54,038 nucleotides of DNA from Bacteroidetes bacterium HGW-Bacteroidetes-21 (GCA_002840935.1 PHDH01000001.1:1-54038); one strand, 5' to 3'; shown: positions 30,058-38,667, counted from the first letter of the stretch. Notes: generated from the letters alone by a model not told the origin. Numbers and translations are program-made.

Positions 30058-31374
30058 TTGTTTCAACAAAAACTCCGTTTCTTGAATAAAAAAGTACTCA
30101 TTATAACTTATTACTGGCCACCATCAGGAGGCATAGGGGTACACCGTTGTCTGAAATTCGCAAAATATTTACGGCAGTTTGGTTGGGAACCTGTAATATA
30201 TACTGCTGCGAATGCACATTACCCCTATCTTGACGAATCAAATTTCAAGCATATTCCCGAGGGGATAACAGTCCTCAAAAAAAACATTATTGAGCCCTTT
30301 TCCTTCTACAAAAGATTTACCGGAAAACAGATCAATGAGCCCATGTCTAACCCACTGCACATTAGAGGGAAGAAGCAAAACTGGAAAGAAAAACTGTCCA
30401 TTTGGTTGCGTGGCAATTTCTTTATCCCCGATGCCCGTTCCCTGTGGATTCGTCCATCTGTAAGCTATCTGACAGAATACCTAAGCAAAAATCCAGTCGA
30501 TGCTATTATCTCCGACGGTCCACCTCACACCAACACAACCATTGCCTGCCGGGTTTCTCAAAAAACGGGCATCCCATGGCTGGCAGATTTTCAGGACCCA
30601 TGGACACAAGTTGACTATTATAAACTTTTCCCCTTCACCCGCAGGGCAGACAATAAACACAAACGACTTGAACAGGACGCACTTAAAACAGCAAAAAAAA
30701 CAACCATTGCCAGTCCCACCTGGAAAAAAGACCTGGAAAATATTGGCGGGCATAATGTTGACGTGATTTACTGGGGATATGACGAAGATGATTTTGAGGG
30801 GGCAAAATCCAATAAAAATCCCGATGAATTTGTTATTTCTCATGCTGGCTTATTTGGTTTTGATCGACTCCCTGATCAGTTTTTCAAAGCATTGTCCGAA
30901 TTAAAAGCAGAGTATCCTGAATTTTCTAAAAAACTACGTATTAAACTGGCAGGAATGATAGATTTCTCTGTTCTTGAGAGTCTTAAACAAAACGGATTAA
31001 ATGAAAATTTCCAAAACCTTGGAAATTTAAAACGAGAGGAAGCATTACAACTCACACTTGACTCTGACTTATTACTTCTACCTTTAAACAAAGCGGATAA
31101 TATCATGGGAAGAGTTCCAGGAAAACTTTTCGAACAGTTGCGATCAAACAACCCCATTTTGGTCCTAGGACCACATGGCAGCGATGTACAGCATATCGTA
31201 GAATCTTCTGGTTGTGGAAAAAGTTTTAATTACGATGAAAAAGAGGCCTTAAAATCTTTTACTAATTCTGTTTTCGAAAAAGAGATTACATTCTCAGCCG
31301 GCGATATTACTGAGTATTCAGTGAAAAATCAGGTGAAAAAATTATCTGTTTATTTGAATTCCATATCCCAATAA
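30058..31374 (+). CDS. Glycosyltransferase family 4-like (GT-B)
   Basis: The N-terminus 'KVLIITYYWPPSGGIGVHR' is typical of a GT4 subgroup. The start is uncertain (TTG at 30058 or 30082; no nearby ATG). Confidence 0.6.
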   Translation: MFQQKLRFLNKKVLIITYYWPPSGGIGVHRCLKFAKYLRQFGWEPVIYTAANAHYPYLDESNFKHIPEGITVLKKNIIEPFSFYKRFTGKQINEPMSNPLHIRGKKQNWKEKLSIWLRGNFFIPDARSLWIRPSVSYLTEYLSKNPVDAIISDGPPHTNTTIACRVSQKTGIPWLADFQDPWTQVDYYKLFPFTRRADNKHKRLEQDALKTAKKTTIASPTWKKDLENIGGHNVDVIYWGYDEDDFEGAKSNKNPDEFVISHAGLFGFDRLPDQFFKALSELKAEYPEFSKKLRIKLAGMIDFSVLESLKQNGLNENFQNLGNLKREEALQLTLDSDLLLLPLNKADNIMGRVPGKLFEQLRSNNPILVLGPHGSDVQHIVESSGCGKSFNYDEKEALKSFTNSVFEKEITFSAGDITEYSVKNQVKKLSVYLNSISQ

Positions 31375-31440
31375 ACAAATCGATTGCATGTATTTTCTTA
31401 ATATTATTGCACAAAAACACGCATATTTGCATATTTAACC

Positions 31441-31448
31441 TATATTTG
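31441..31448 (+). promoter_or_regulatory. Candidate -7 box (TATATTTG)
   Basis: TAnnTTTG match 41 nt upstream of the ATG at 31489. Confidence 0.3.
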
Positions 31449-31488
31449 ATTCTAATCTTTATATTATAAATAACTTAAAACTAATTTT

Positions 31489-32529
31489 ATGAAACAAATC
31501 TTATTTTTATTACTAACAATTATCTCAGCTCATGTTAATGGGCAAAACATGGGACTTTATTTTATTAACTTGCAAAAGAATTATATCATTACACCCCATG
31601 TTGCATCGCTCTACCCAACAAATAATTTCACGATAGAATTCTGGGTAAGAATTGATAGACGACCCCCGACAGACATGTCATTAATTAATAAAGCAGAGTG
31701 TGTTACCAATAAGACATCTTTTACTTGTAGTATTAAATCTGATAATAAAATAATTTTTGGTTATAATTGTGATGGTAATTGCAACAATACCTCCGGATTC
31801 AAGATAGATTCTGCCCTTAATTTAGGCCAATGCTATCATGTAGCTATTACATATTCAAATCTGGGGCCTAAGATTTATCTTGACGGCATTTTACAGACTG
31901 GATCTCTCATTTCTGGATCCATCTATTGTGGTGATCTTTATCAGACGCCAGAACCCTTACGAATTGGTGCCTATAGATACAGAGCGGATACCATTGGGGG
32001 ATATTTGAGTGGAATGATGGATGAAATCCGTATATGGGATCATGTTCGTAGTCAAAGTCAGATTTCTACTATGTATCAACAGCGCTTAACCGGAAATGAA
32101 ACCGGGCTGCTACTTTATTATAACTTCTCCGAATCAGTTTCTGGATCAATGGCCACTATAGTTAATCATGCAACACTTACCGGATCGGCCCTTAATGGAA
32201 CTACTCAATCTATTAACCCGACATCTCCAAACACAACCCAAAGTTGCTTTAACTTTACCGATATCGAATATTTAGCCGATAATTCTTCGACGTTAAGACT
32301 ATTTCCAAATCCGGTAAACGATCAAATAATTATTAATAGTGAAAATCCCTCAGACTTACAATTAACTTACAATGCAGATATTATGGATATTTCCGGTAGA
32401 ATTGTCATGAAATTAGAAGACATATCGTTACCCGCAAACATGACTGTAAACCAACTGGATAAAGGGATATACTTAATTCGAATGTATAATCATCAAACGG
32501 AATACGAATTAAAATTTATCAAAGAATAA
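31489..32529 (+). CDS. LamG/concanavalin-A-like lectin-domain protein with T9SS C-terminal sorting domain
   Basis: Signal peptide. LamG-like segments 'FTIEFWVRID', 'YHVAITY' and 'GMMDEIRIWDHVRSQSQI'. CTD 'LRLFPNPVNDQIIINS....KGIYLIRMYN'. Confidence 0.65.
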   Translation: MKQILFLLLTIISAHVNGQNMGLYFINLQKNYIITPHVASLYPTNNFTIEFWVRIDRRPPTDMSLINKAECVTNKTSFTCSIKSDNKIIFGYNCDGNCNNTSGFKIDSALNLGQCYHVAITYSNLGPKIYLDGILQTGSLISGSIYCGDLYQTPEPLRIGAYRYRADTIGGYLSGMMDEIRIWDHVRSQSQISTMYQQRLTGNETGLLLYYNFSESVSGSMATIVNHATLTGSALNGTTQSINPTSPNTTQSCFNFTDIEYLADNSSTLRLFPNPVNDQIIINSENPSDLQLTYNADIMDISGRIVMKLEDISLPANMTVNQLDKGIYLIRMYNHQTEYELKFIKE

Positions 32530-32699
32530 TTTTCGCTTTTACCATTTTTCCTATTGCTTTGTCTCGGGCATAGGCATTTTTTCACAAAGAGATCAAACTG
32601 TCGCTCCTGACAGTCGCATAAAAAACACAAGTTGAATATTTCCAGATTATACGTTTCGATTGAAAGAGACTTACCCTCGATATATCATTTTGAATTTAT

Positions 32700-34166
32700 A
32701 TGAAAATTGGTTTTTTTGATTCCTGTCTAGAATGGATTCCTCATTTGGAAACAGATCTCGAATTGATGGATCTGCACCTCTCTCAAAACGATGAGGTATT
32801 TTGGTTTAATTGCCACAGCGACATTTCGTTTTGTCAACCAAACCCCTACCATAAAAAAGGAAAATGCCGTTCGTGCATAAAAAGGAAGAACAAAGGACTG
32901 TCTTTACTTAACGGTAAAGTAACAGAACTATCATGGAAGGATATTCAAACAGCCAGTCAGATTGAATTTCCTATTGTACATTCAATAAACGACCTCAAAT
33001 CATGCACCACGTTAAATTTTGATATAGGCGTTGCAACAGCTAGTTCGCTGGTTTCTGTAATACGCGATTCGAACCCGGATTTAGTTAAGTATGAAACCCT
33101 CTGGAAAAATATTTTTCTTTCATCTTATAACACTTATAAAAATGTATCCTCTGCCATTGTTGAACACCAACTGGATAGAGTGTATACTTTTAACGGACGC
33201 TTTGCTCCCGAAAGAGCCGTATTAAGAGCTTGTCAGGCAACCGGAACTGACTGCTATATACACGAAAGAGGGAATAACAAAAATCATTACATGGTTTATG
33301 AGAACTCCCTTCCTCACAATCGCAAAGCTTTCAGAGAAAGAATGGAAGCAGCTTGGAACAACCCCGCTGTTACACAGGAAGAAAAATTAAAAATCAGTCA
33401 TTCGTTTTTTGAAGACAGGATTAAAGGAAAAGAACAATTTTGGGTTTCATTTGTCAATGATCAAACCTCAGGACTCTTACCCGAAAAATGGGATGAAAAC
33501 AAGACCAATATTGCCATTTTCACATCTTCCGAAGATGAACTTTCCTCCATATCAGATGAATGGAAAAACACCGTTTATGATTCGCAAATAGCAGGGATTA
33601 AAAAAATTTTGGAAGATGCTCCTCCTGAATTTAATTTTTACCTGAGGATACATCCCAACCTTATTGGAGTCAACAACATTGAAACAAAGCAATTAGTCGA
33701 ATTAAACTATCCCAATCTCGTTATCATTCCTCCTTCAAGCAAAGTAAATACCTATTCGTTAATAAAACAGGCTAATAAAGTCGTTGTTTTTAGCTCTACT
33801 GTTGGAGTCGAAGCGACTTATCTGGGGACACCCTGTATCCTTGCCGGTATATCCTATTATCGTGGAATGGATGCTGCATATGATGCAAATTCTCACGAAG
33901 AATTAATTGAATTGCTAAAGAAAGAACTCCCCCCAAAAAATAAAGAGAATGCTTTGAAATACGGATATGTCCTAAAAACTTTCGGGACAAGATATCAAAA
34001 CTACGAAGCAATCAACTTATATCTGGGTAAATATAAAAAACAATATGTTGTAGGCAGCCTACTATTTAATTATTATCTCCGTTTCTTTTCCTACTTCGGC
34101 ATGCTTAGCCCAATGAAGCGTAAAATAAAAAAGTTTCGGCCGTACTTGGGACTTAAATCTAATTAA
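32700..34166 (+). CDS. Capsule-biosynthesis (KpsS/KpsC-like, Capsule_synth) family protein
   Basis: Segments 'NFYLRIHPN' and 'VVVFSSTVGVEATYLGTPCI' resemble the CMP-sugar-binding half of the KpsS/KpsC-type beta-Kdo transferase family. Confidence 0.45.
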   Translation: MKIGFFDSCLEWIPHLETDLELMDLHLSQNDEVFWFNCHSDISFCQPNPYHKKGKCRSCIKRKNKGLSLLNGKVTELSWKDIQTASQIEFPIVHSINDLKSCTTLNFDIGVATASSLVSVIRDSNPDLVKYETLWKNIFLSSYNTYKNVSSAIVEHQLDRVYTFNGRFAPERAVLRACQATGTDCYIHERGNNKNHYMVYENSLPHNRKAFRERMEAAWNNPAVTQEEKLKISHSFFEDRIKGKEQFWVSFVNDQTSGLLPEKWDENKTNIAIFTSSEDELSSISDEWKNTVYDSQIAGIKKILEDAPPEFNFYLRIHPNLIGVNNIETKQLVELNYPNLVIIPPSSKVNTYSLIKQANKVVVFSSTVGVEATYLGTPCILAGISYYRGMDAAYDANSHEELIELLKKELPPKNKENALKYGYVLKTFGTRYQNYEAINLYLGKYKKQYVVGSLLFNYYLRFFSYFGMLSPMKRKIKKFRPYLGLKSN

Positions 34167-34283
34167 CTCCTAATGTTCATCATTAAAAATGAGTTATATT
34201 TTATTTATTACCAGGCACATATACATATTTTTTTGCGTTTTACAAAAGCGATTCTAATTATCCCCCAATAAATACTTACCATT

Positions 34284-35342
34284 TTGAAAGATTTTAATGA
34301 CCACATTATTTCTGACAACAGATCGGTTGTAGATGCCTTAACACAAATCAACCAGCTTTCTGGCAATTTAAACCTTACCCTATTTGTTTGCGATTCGCAA
34401 GGAAAAATGCTTGGAACACTAACCGATGGAGATTTTCGACGAGGATTCATGAAGGGACTAAAACTAGACGATAGTATAGATTCCTTTATGGTAAAAAACT
34501 TCAGGCATTTTACACTAAACGACATCAACGTTGCACATATAAAGGAACTCCGAGCCAAGCAAATAAAACTGGTTCCCCTGTTAGATGAAGATGGCAGAAT
34601 TATTAAAGTATACGACTTCACACAACGTAAGACCATTCTGCCTGTGGATGCTGTCCTTATGGCCGGTGGACGTGGAGAACGCTTACGTCCACTCACAGAC
34701 ACAACGCCAAAGCCTATGTTACTTATAGGAAACAAGCCCATTATTGAACACAACATTGACAATCTTACAACAAATGGCATTGATAACTTTTTCGTTACCG
34801 TAAATTATCTGGCCGATCAGATTGTAAATCACCTTGGTAATGGAGAAAAAAAAGGCATACGTATCGAATGCGTAAAAGAAACTAAACCTTTGGGAACGAT
34901 TGGATCAGTATCATTAATAAAGAATTTTAACAACGACACGGTTCTAATAATGAACTCTGATCTTTTTACCAATATTAATTTCGAAGATTTTTACCTCGAT
35001 TTCGTCGAAAAGAATGCGGCCATGTCTATCGCCTCCGTTCCCTACCAAATAAGTGTTCCGTATGCGGTTTTAAATCAAGATAACGAGACAGTAGACTCTT
35101 TTGAAGAAAAGCCAACTTACACTTACCATGCCAATGCCGGCATTTACCTGATTAAAAAAGAATTGCTCGATATTATTCCCATTAGCACCCATTTCAATGC
35201 AACAGACTTTATTCAGGCGCTTCTGAACTCCGGACGTAAAGTTATCAAATATCCAATTATAGGCTACTGGATAGATATAGGCAAACACGAAGATTACAAT
35301 AAAGCCCAGGAGTTTGCAAAACATATTAACAGTCAGTCATAA
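34284..35342 (+). CDS. CBS-domain sugar-phosphate nucleotidyltransferase (copy A)
   Basis: N-terminal CBS pair (GTLTDGDFRRG), then the NTP-transferase signature MAGGRGERLRPLTDTTPKPML. TTG start. Confidence 0.8.
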   Translation: MKDFNDHIISDNRSVVDALTQINQLSGNLNLTLFVCDSQGKMLGTLTDGDFRRGFMKGLKLDDSIDSFMVKNFRHFTLNDINVAHIKELRAKQIKLVPLLDEDGRIIKVYDFTQRKTILPVDAVLMAGGRGERLRPLTDTTPKPMLLIGNKPIIEHNIDNLTTNGIDNFFVTVNYLADQIVNHLGNGEKKGIRIECVKETKPLGTIGSVSLIKNFNNDTVLIMNSDLFTNINFEDFYLDFVEKNAAMSIASVPYQISVPYAVLNQDNETVDSFEEKPTYTYHANAGIYLIKKELLDIIPISTHFNATDFIQALLNSGRKVIKYPIIGYWIDIGKHEDYNKAQEFAKHINSQS

Positions 35343-35376
35343 AGTCCTCGTTTAGTAGACAAAAGCATTTGTATTT

Positions 35377-35403
35377 ATTAGTGAAAATAAGTGGACAATA
35401 AAA
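35377..35403. repeat. 27-nt direct repeat, copy 1 (ATTAGTGAAAATAAGTGGACAATAAAA)
   Basis: Repeated at 35498-35524 with a single mismatch (121-nt period). Followed by three tandem CACGAAT heptamers (35416-35440). Confidence 0.8.
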
Positions 35404-35497
35404 AAATACTTATCCACGAATTTCACGAATTAGCACGAATATTCTATTTGAAAAATATATAGGTAAATGGAAGAGGCCCGCATATTACCACGAATTA

Positions 35498-35524
35498 ATT
35501 AGTGAAAATTAGTGGACAATAAAA
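35498..35524. repeat. 27-nt direct repeat, copy 2 (ATTAGTGAAAATTAGTGGACAATAAAA)
   Basis: Preceded by a fourth CACGAAT (35489-35495), which forms the imperfect palindrome CACGAATTAATTAGTG. It ends 13 nt upstream of a TAAATTTG box. Confidence 0.8.
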
Positions 35525-35536
35525 TTCTAGACAAAA

Positions 35537-35544
35537 TAAATTTG
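35537..35544 (+). promoter_or_regulatory. Candidate -7 box (TAAATTTG) for the regulator gene
   Basis: TAnnTTTG match 136 nt upstream of the TTG start at 35680. Repeat copy 2 covers the expected -33 region. Confidence 0.3.
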
Positions 35545-35679
35545 CAAAACAAATCAATATTGAGTAATTTTACTACTCGTTATTCGTTCAGATTTGCGAT
35601 AATATTCGACTCTTTCCCTTGTGAGACTAAACTGTGACTCACGGGGCACTGCCGTGAACAATCGAAATTTTTTCCTCTC

Positions 35680-36216
35680 TTGATAGACACCTTAATCTCC
35701 TCAAAGACAAGACTTAAACTTCTGCTTAAGTTCTTTCTCAATAGCAAGACCACTGCCTATTTAAGAGGTCTCGAATGCGAGTTTGGCGAATCTACCAATG
35801 CTATCCGTCTTGAGTTAAACCGCTTCGAAGAAGCTGGTCTGCTCGAAGCACATAGTTCGGGGAATAAAAAAATCTATCAGGCAAATACCAAACACCCCAT
35901 TTTCCCAGATATTCAAAACATCCTCAAGAAATATATCGGCATCGACCAGATCATCGAAAAAGTAATTACCCGCTTGGGCGACATTAATAAAGTATACGTT
36001 ATTGGCGACTTTGCCAATGGAAAAGACAGCAAAGTTATAGACCTGCTAATAGTCGCCCAGCAACTCAACAGAACTTTTCTGTCAGAACTTATTGAAAAAA
36101 CCGAAAGCCTCATTCACCACAAAATAAGCTACATTATCCTAAACGAAACAGAACTCGCCGACTACAAACAAAAACATGCCGGCAACAGACTGGTGATTTA
36201 TACGAAGGATACGTAA
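35680..36216 (+). CDS. Winged-helix (ArsR-like) regulator fused to a minimal nucleotidyltransferase-like domain
   Basis: N-terminal wHTH 'SKTRLKLLLKFFLN...AYLRGLECEFGESTNAIRLELNRFEEAGLL'. The C-terminal 'VYVIGDFANGKDSKVIDLLIV' fits a G(S/D)..x..D.D NTase-fold motif. TTG start. Confidence 0.6.
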   Translation: MIDTLISSKTRLKLLLKFFLNSKTTAYLRGLECEFGESTNAIRLELNRFEEAGLLEAHSSGNKKIYQANTKHPIFPDIQNILKKYIGIDQIIEKVITRLGDINKVYVIGDFANGKDSKVIDLLIVAQQLNRTFLSELIEKTESLIHHKISYIILNETELADYKQKHAGNRLVIYTKDT

Positions 36217-36228
36217 CAGCTGCAAGAC

Positions 36229-36344
36229 CCCGACAATTTAATCCACGGGTTTAAACCCATGTCTAAAAATAAACTTACAATAAAACGCACAACCATCAGC
36301 AGATACCCAAAAAGATAGAGACAGAGGCTAAAGCCCATCTAAAG
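36229..36344. repeat. ~115-bp direct repeat, copy 1
   Basis: CCCGACAATTTAATCCACGGGTTTAAACCCATGTCTAAAAATAAACTTACAATAAAACGCACAACCATCAGCAGATACCCAA...GAGGCTAAAGCCC. Near-identical to 37381-37495. Begins 13 nt after the stop at 36216. Confidence 0.85.
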
Positions 36345-36449
36345 CATCCAAACCAAAACAATAACATTAACCTTAACCTCAACCTAGCCTTAACTAAACA
36401 ACTAGAACCCGACAACCCCCACAACTTTACATCATAAAGATAATTTGAA

Positions 36450-37340
36450 ATGTCTGAAGATCATCAAATAACTAAGATTGATAAAATTAAAAATCATATC
36501 ATTACTGTTCGAAATGTTCAGGTAATTCTGGATAGTGATCTAGCTGAAATGTACGGTGTATCTACATCTCGGCTAAATGAGCAAGTTAAAAGAAATATTG
36601 AGCGTTTTCCCGAAGACTTTATGTTTCAGTTATCCAAAAAAGAATGGGGACTCTTGATATCGCAATTTGCGACTTCAAAATGGGGTGGTCGCAGAAAGCT
36701 TCCATATGTTTTTACTGAGCAGGGTATTGCTTCTCTTTCTGGAGTTTTAAACAGCAAAACAGCCATTAAAGTAAATATTGGGATAATGAGAGCATTTGTT
36801 GAGATGAGAAAATTTCTGACACAAAATGCAGCAATATTTCAAAAATTAGAAAAGATTGAACAAAGCTATTTAATTTTCAAAAATGAAACTAATTCGAAAT
36901 TCGAAATAGTATTTAATGAACTAGATAAACAAAAGCTAACCCCTGAACAAGGCATCTTTTTCGACGGACAAATATTTGATGCCTACACTTTTGTCTCCGA
37001 CCTTATTAAATCAGCTAAAAACAACATTGTCCTTATTGATAATTATATCGACGAATCTGTATTACTACTGCTTACAAAAAGAAAAAACAAGGTAAAAGCT
37101 ACAATCTATACAGCAAAATTATCAAAACAGAATTTACTCGACATCGAAAAACACAATCAACAATACCCCTCTATCGAAATCAACGTTTTTACTAAATCGC
37201 ACGACCGCTTTCTTATAATCGACAATACAAATGTATATCACATAGGCGCCTCTCTTAAAGACCTCGGCAAAAAGTGGTTTGCTTTTTCGAAGATAAATAT
37301 TGACCCTAAAGAACTACTCAAAAAACTCGAATCTAAATAA
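36450..37340 (+). CDS. ORF6N/KilA-N-like DNA-binding domain fused to a degenerate PLD(HKD)-like domain
   Basis: N-terminal 'VRNVQVILDSDLAEMYGVSTSRLNEQVKRNIERFPEDFMFQL....WGGRRKLPYVFTEQGIA.LS' is ORF6N-like. The C-terminal 'SHDRFLIIDNTNVYHIGASLKDLG' fits HxKx4Dx6GSxN with K->R and N->K. Confidence 0.6.
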   Translation: MSEDHQITKIDKIKNHIITVRNVQVILDSDLAEMYGVSTSRLNEQVKRNIERFPEDFMFQLSKKEWGLLISQFATSKWGGRRKLPYVFTEQGIASLSGVLNSKTAIKVNIGIMRAFVEMRKFLTQNAAIFQKLEKIEQSYLIFKNETNSKFEIVFNELDKQKLTPEQGIFFDGQIFDAYTFVSDLIKSAKNNIVLIDNYIDESVLLLLTKRKNKVKATIYTAKLSKQNLLDIEKHNQQYPSIEINVFTKSHDRFLIIDNTNVYHIGASLKDLGKKWFAFSKINIDPKELLKKLESK

Positions 37341-37380
37341 CGACATCCAGATAATAAGACGCTTCGGTCAGCATTTTCAA

Positions 37381-37495
37381 CCCGACAATTTTATCCACGG
37401 GTTTAAACCCGCGTCTAAAAATAAACTTACAATAAAACTCACAACCAACAGCAGATACCCAACACATAGAGACAGGGGCTAAAGCCCCTACAAAG
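37381..37495. repeat. ~115-bp direct repeat, copy 2
   Basis: Aligns with 36229-36344 with a handful of substitutions and one 1-nt indel. It contains the same two GC hairpins (CACGGGTTTAAACCCGCG and GGGGCTAAAGCCCC). Begins 41 nt after the stop at 37340. Confidence 0.85.
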
Positions 37496-37620
37496 TTTCT
37501 GAGCCAACAATAACAATATGAGAATCTCAGTTAAAACGACAACCTACAAACCTTTTTTTAAAAAAAGTGTTTTTTATAGAATTAGAAAACAATATTAAAA
37601 TTTTAAATTAAAACATTTAA

Positions 37621-38667
37621 ATGGACACTTATAAAAAGCATTTATTATTAGAAGGAAGTTCGGTTAAAGAAGCTCTTGCACGACTAGAAATCTTAGCAAA
37701 AGATTCGATTTTATTCATCGTAAATACCGAGAATAAATTAATTGGTTCTTTAACTGATGGCGATGTTCGTCGTGGTTTAATAAAAGGGTTTGGCATAAAT
37801 AACAAAGTAGATGAAATTATCCAAACTAAACCTCGCTTTATTAGAAAAGGGGAACATGATTTGTCGAAAGTAATTGAATATCGTGAAAATAATTTTAGGA
37901 TTATTCCGGTTTTAGATAAAGAGGATCATGTAGTTAATGTAATAAATTTTCGAGAAATAAAATCCTACCTCCCTGTTGATGCTGTAATCATGGCTGGTGG
38001 TCGGGGTGAGCGCTTAAAACCATTAACAGATTCAACTCCAAAACCCCTGCTTAAAATTGGCGAAAAACCTATATTAGAACATAACCTCGATCGTCTGGCT
38101 ATGTTTGGTATTGACGATTTCTGGATCACGTTGAAATACCTTGGTTCTCAAATAGAATCCCATTTCGGAAATGGTAAAGAAAAAAACATTAAAATAAATT
38201 ACATTTTTGAAAACGAACCATTAGGAACAATAGGTTCAGTTTCAAAAATCAAAAATTTTGAGCATGACTATGTTCTTGTAACTAATTCTGATTTACTTAC
38301 AAATATTGATTATGAACATTTTTTTCTAGATTTTCTTAAAGAACAAGCCGATTTTTCAGTTGTAACTATACCATATTCTGTAGATATACCTTATGCTGTT
38401 TTAGAAACAAATAACAACAACATCATTAATTTTCGTGAAAAACCCACATACACTTATTATTCAAACGGGGGTATATATTTGATGAAAAAAGAGGTTTTGT
38501 CTCAAATCCCTATGGAAAAACATTATAATGCTACTGATCTTATGGAAGTATTAATAAAATCTAACAAAAAAATTATTTCATATCCTCTTTCTGGATATTG
38601 GCTTGATATTGGAAGACATGAGGATTATCTTAAAGCACAAAAGGATATCGATTCAATTAAGTTTTAA
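37621..38667 (+). CDS. CBS-domain sugar-phosphate nucleotidyltransferase (copy B)
   Basis: Full-length paralog of 34284..35342 (GSLTDGDVRRG; MAGGRGERLKPLTDSTPKPLL; GYWLDIGRHEDYLKAQ). Confidence 0.8.
   Translation: MDTYKKHLLLEGSSVKEALARLEILAKDSILFIVNTENKLIGSLTDGDVRRGLIKGFGINNKVDEIIQTKPRFIRKGEHDLSKVIEYRENNFRIIPVLDKEDHVVNVINFREIKSYLPVDAVIMAGGRGERLKPLTDSTPKPLLKIGEKPILEHNLDRLAMFGIDDFWITLKYLGSQIESHFGNGKEKNIKINYIFENEPLGTIGSVSKIKNFEHDYVLVTNSDLLTNIDYEHFFLDFLKEQADFSVVTIPYSVDIPYAVLETNNNNIINFREKPTYTYYSNGGIYLMKKEVLSQIPMEKHYNATDLMEVLIKSNKKIISYPLSGYWLDIGRHEDYLKAQKDIDSIKF

Noticed and set aside
34208-34780. 190-aa minus-strand ORF overlapping the start of the CBS-nucleotidyltransferase gene
   Set aside because: Ser/Arg-rich low-complexity translation. 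It lies antisense to a gene with strong family motifs (GGRGERL, CBS pair). It is a typical shadow ORF.
35377-35524. Possible CRISPR array, suggested by the 27-nt direct repeats
   Set aside because: There are only two copies, the spacing is 94 nt (121-nt period), the repeats are AT-rich and non-palindromic, and there are no cas genes. A regulatory repeat is a better explanation.
37300-37482. 60-aa ORF running from the end of the ORF6N gene across repeat copy 2
   Set aside because: It reads through the 115-bp non-coding repeat. The equivalent frame in copy 1 is not open, and there are no protein-like features.
36229-37495. The 115-bp repeats as ends of an IS/MITE, or as integron attC sites
   Set aside because: The repeats are direct, not inverted. 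No transposase or integrase is present. The hairpin GTTTAAAC core does not fit the GTTRRRY attC core. They are kept as an unexplained repeat rather than a mobile-element call.
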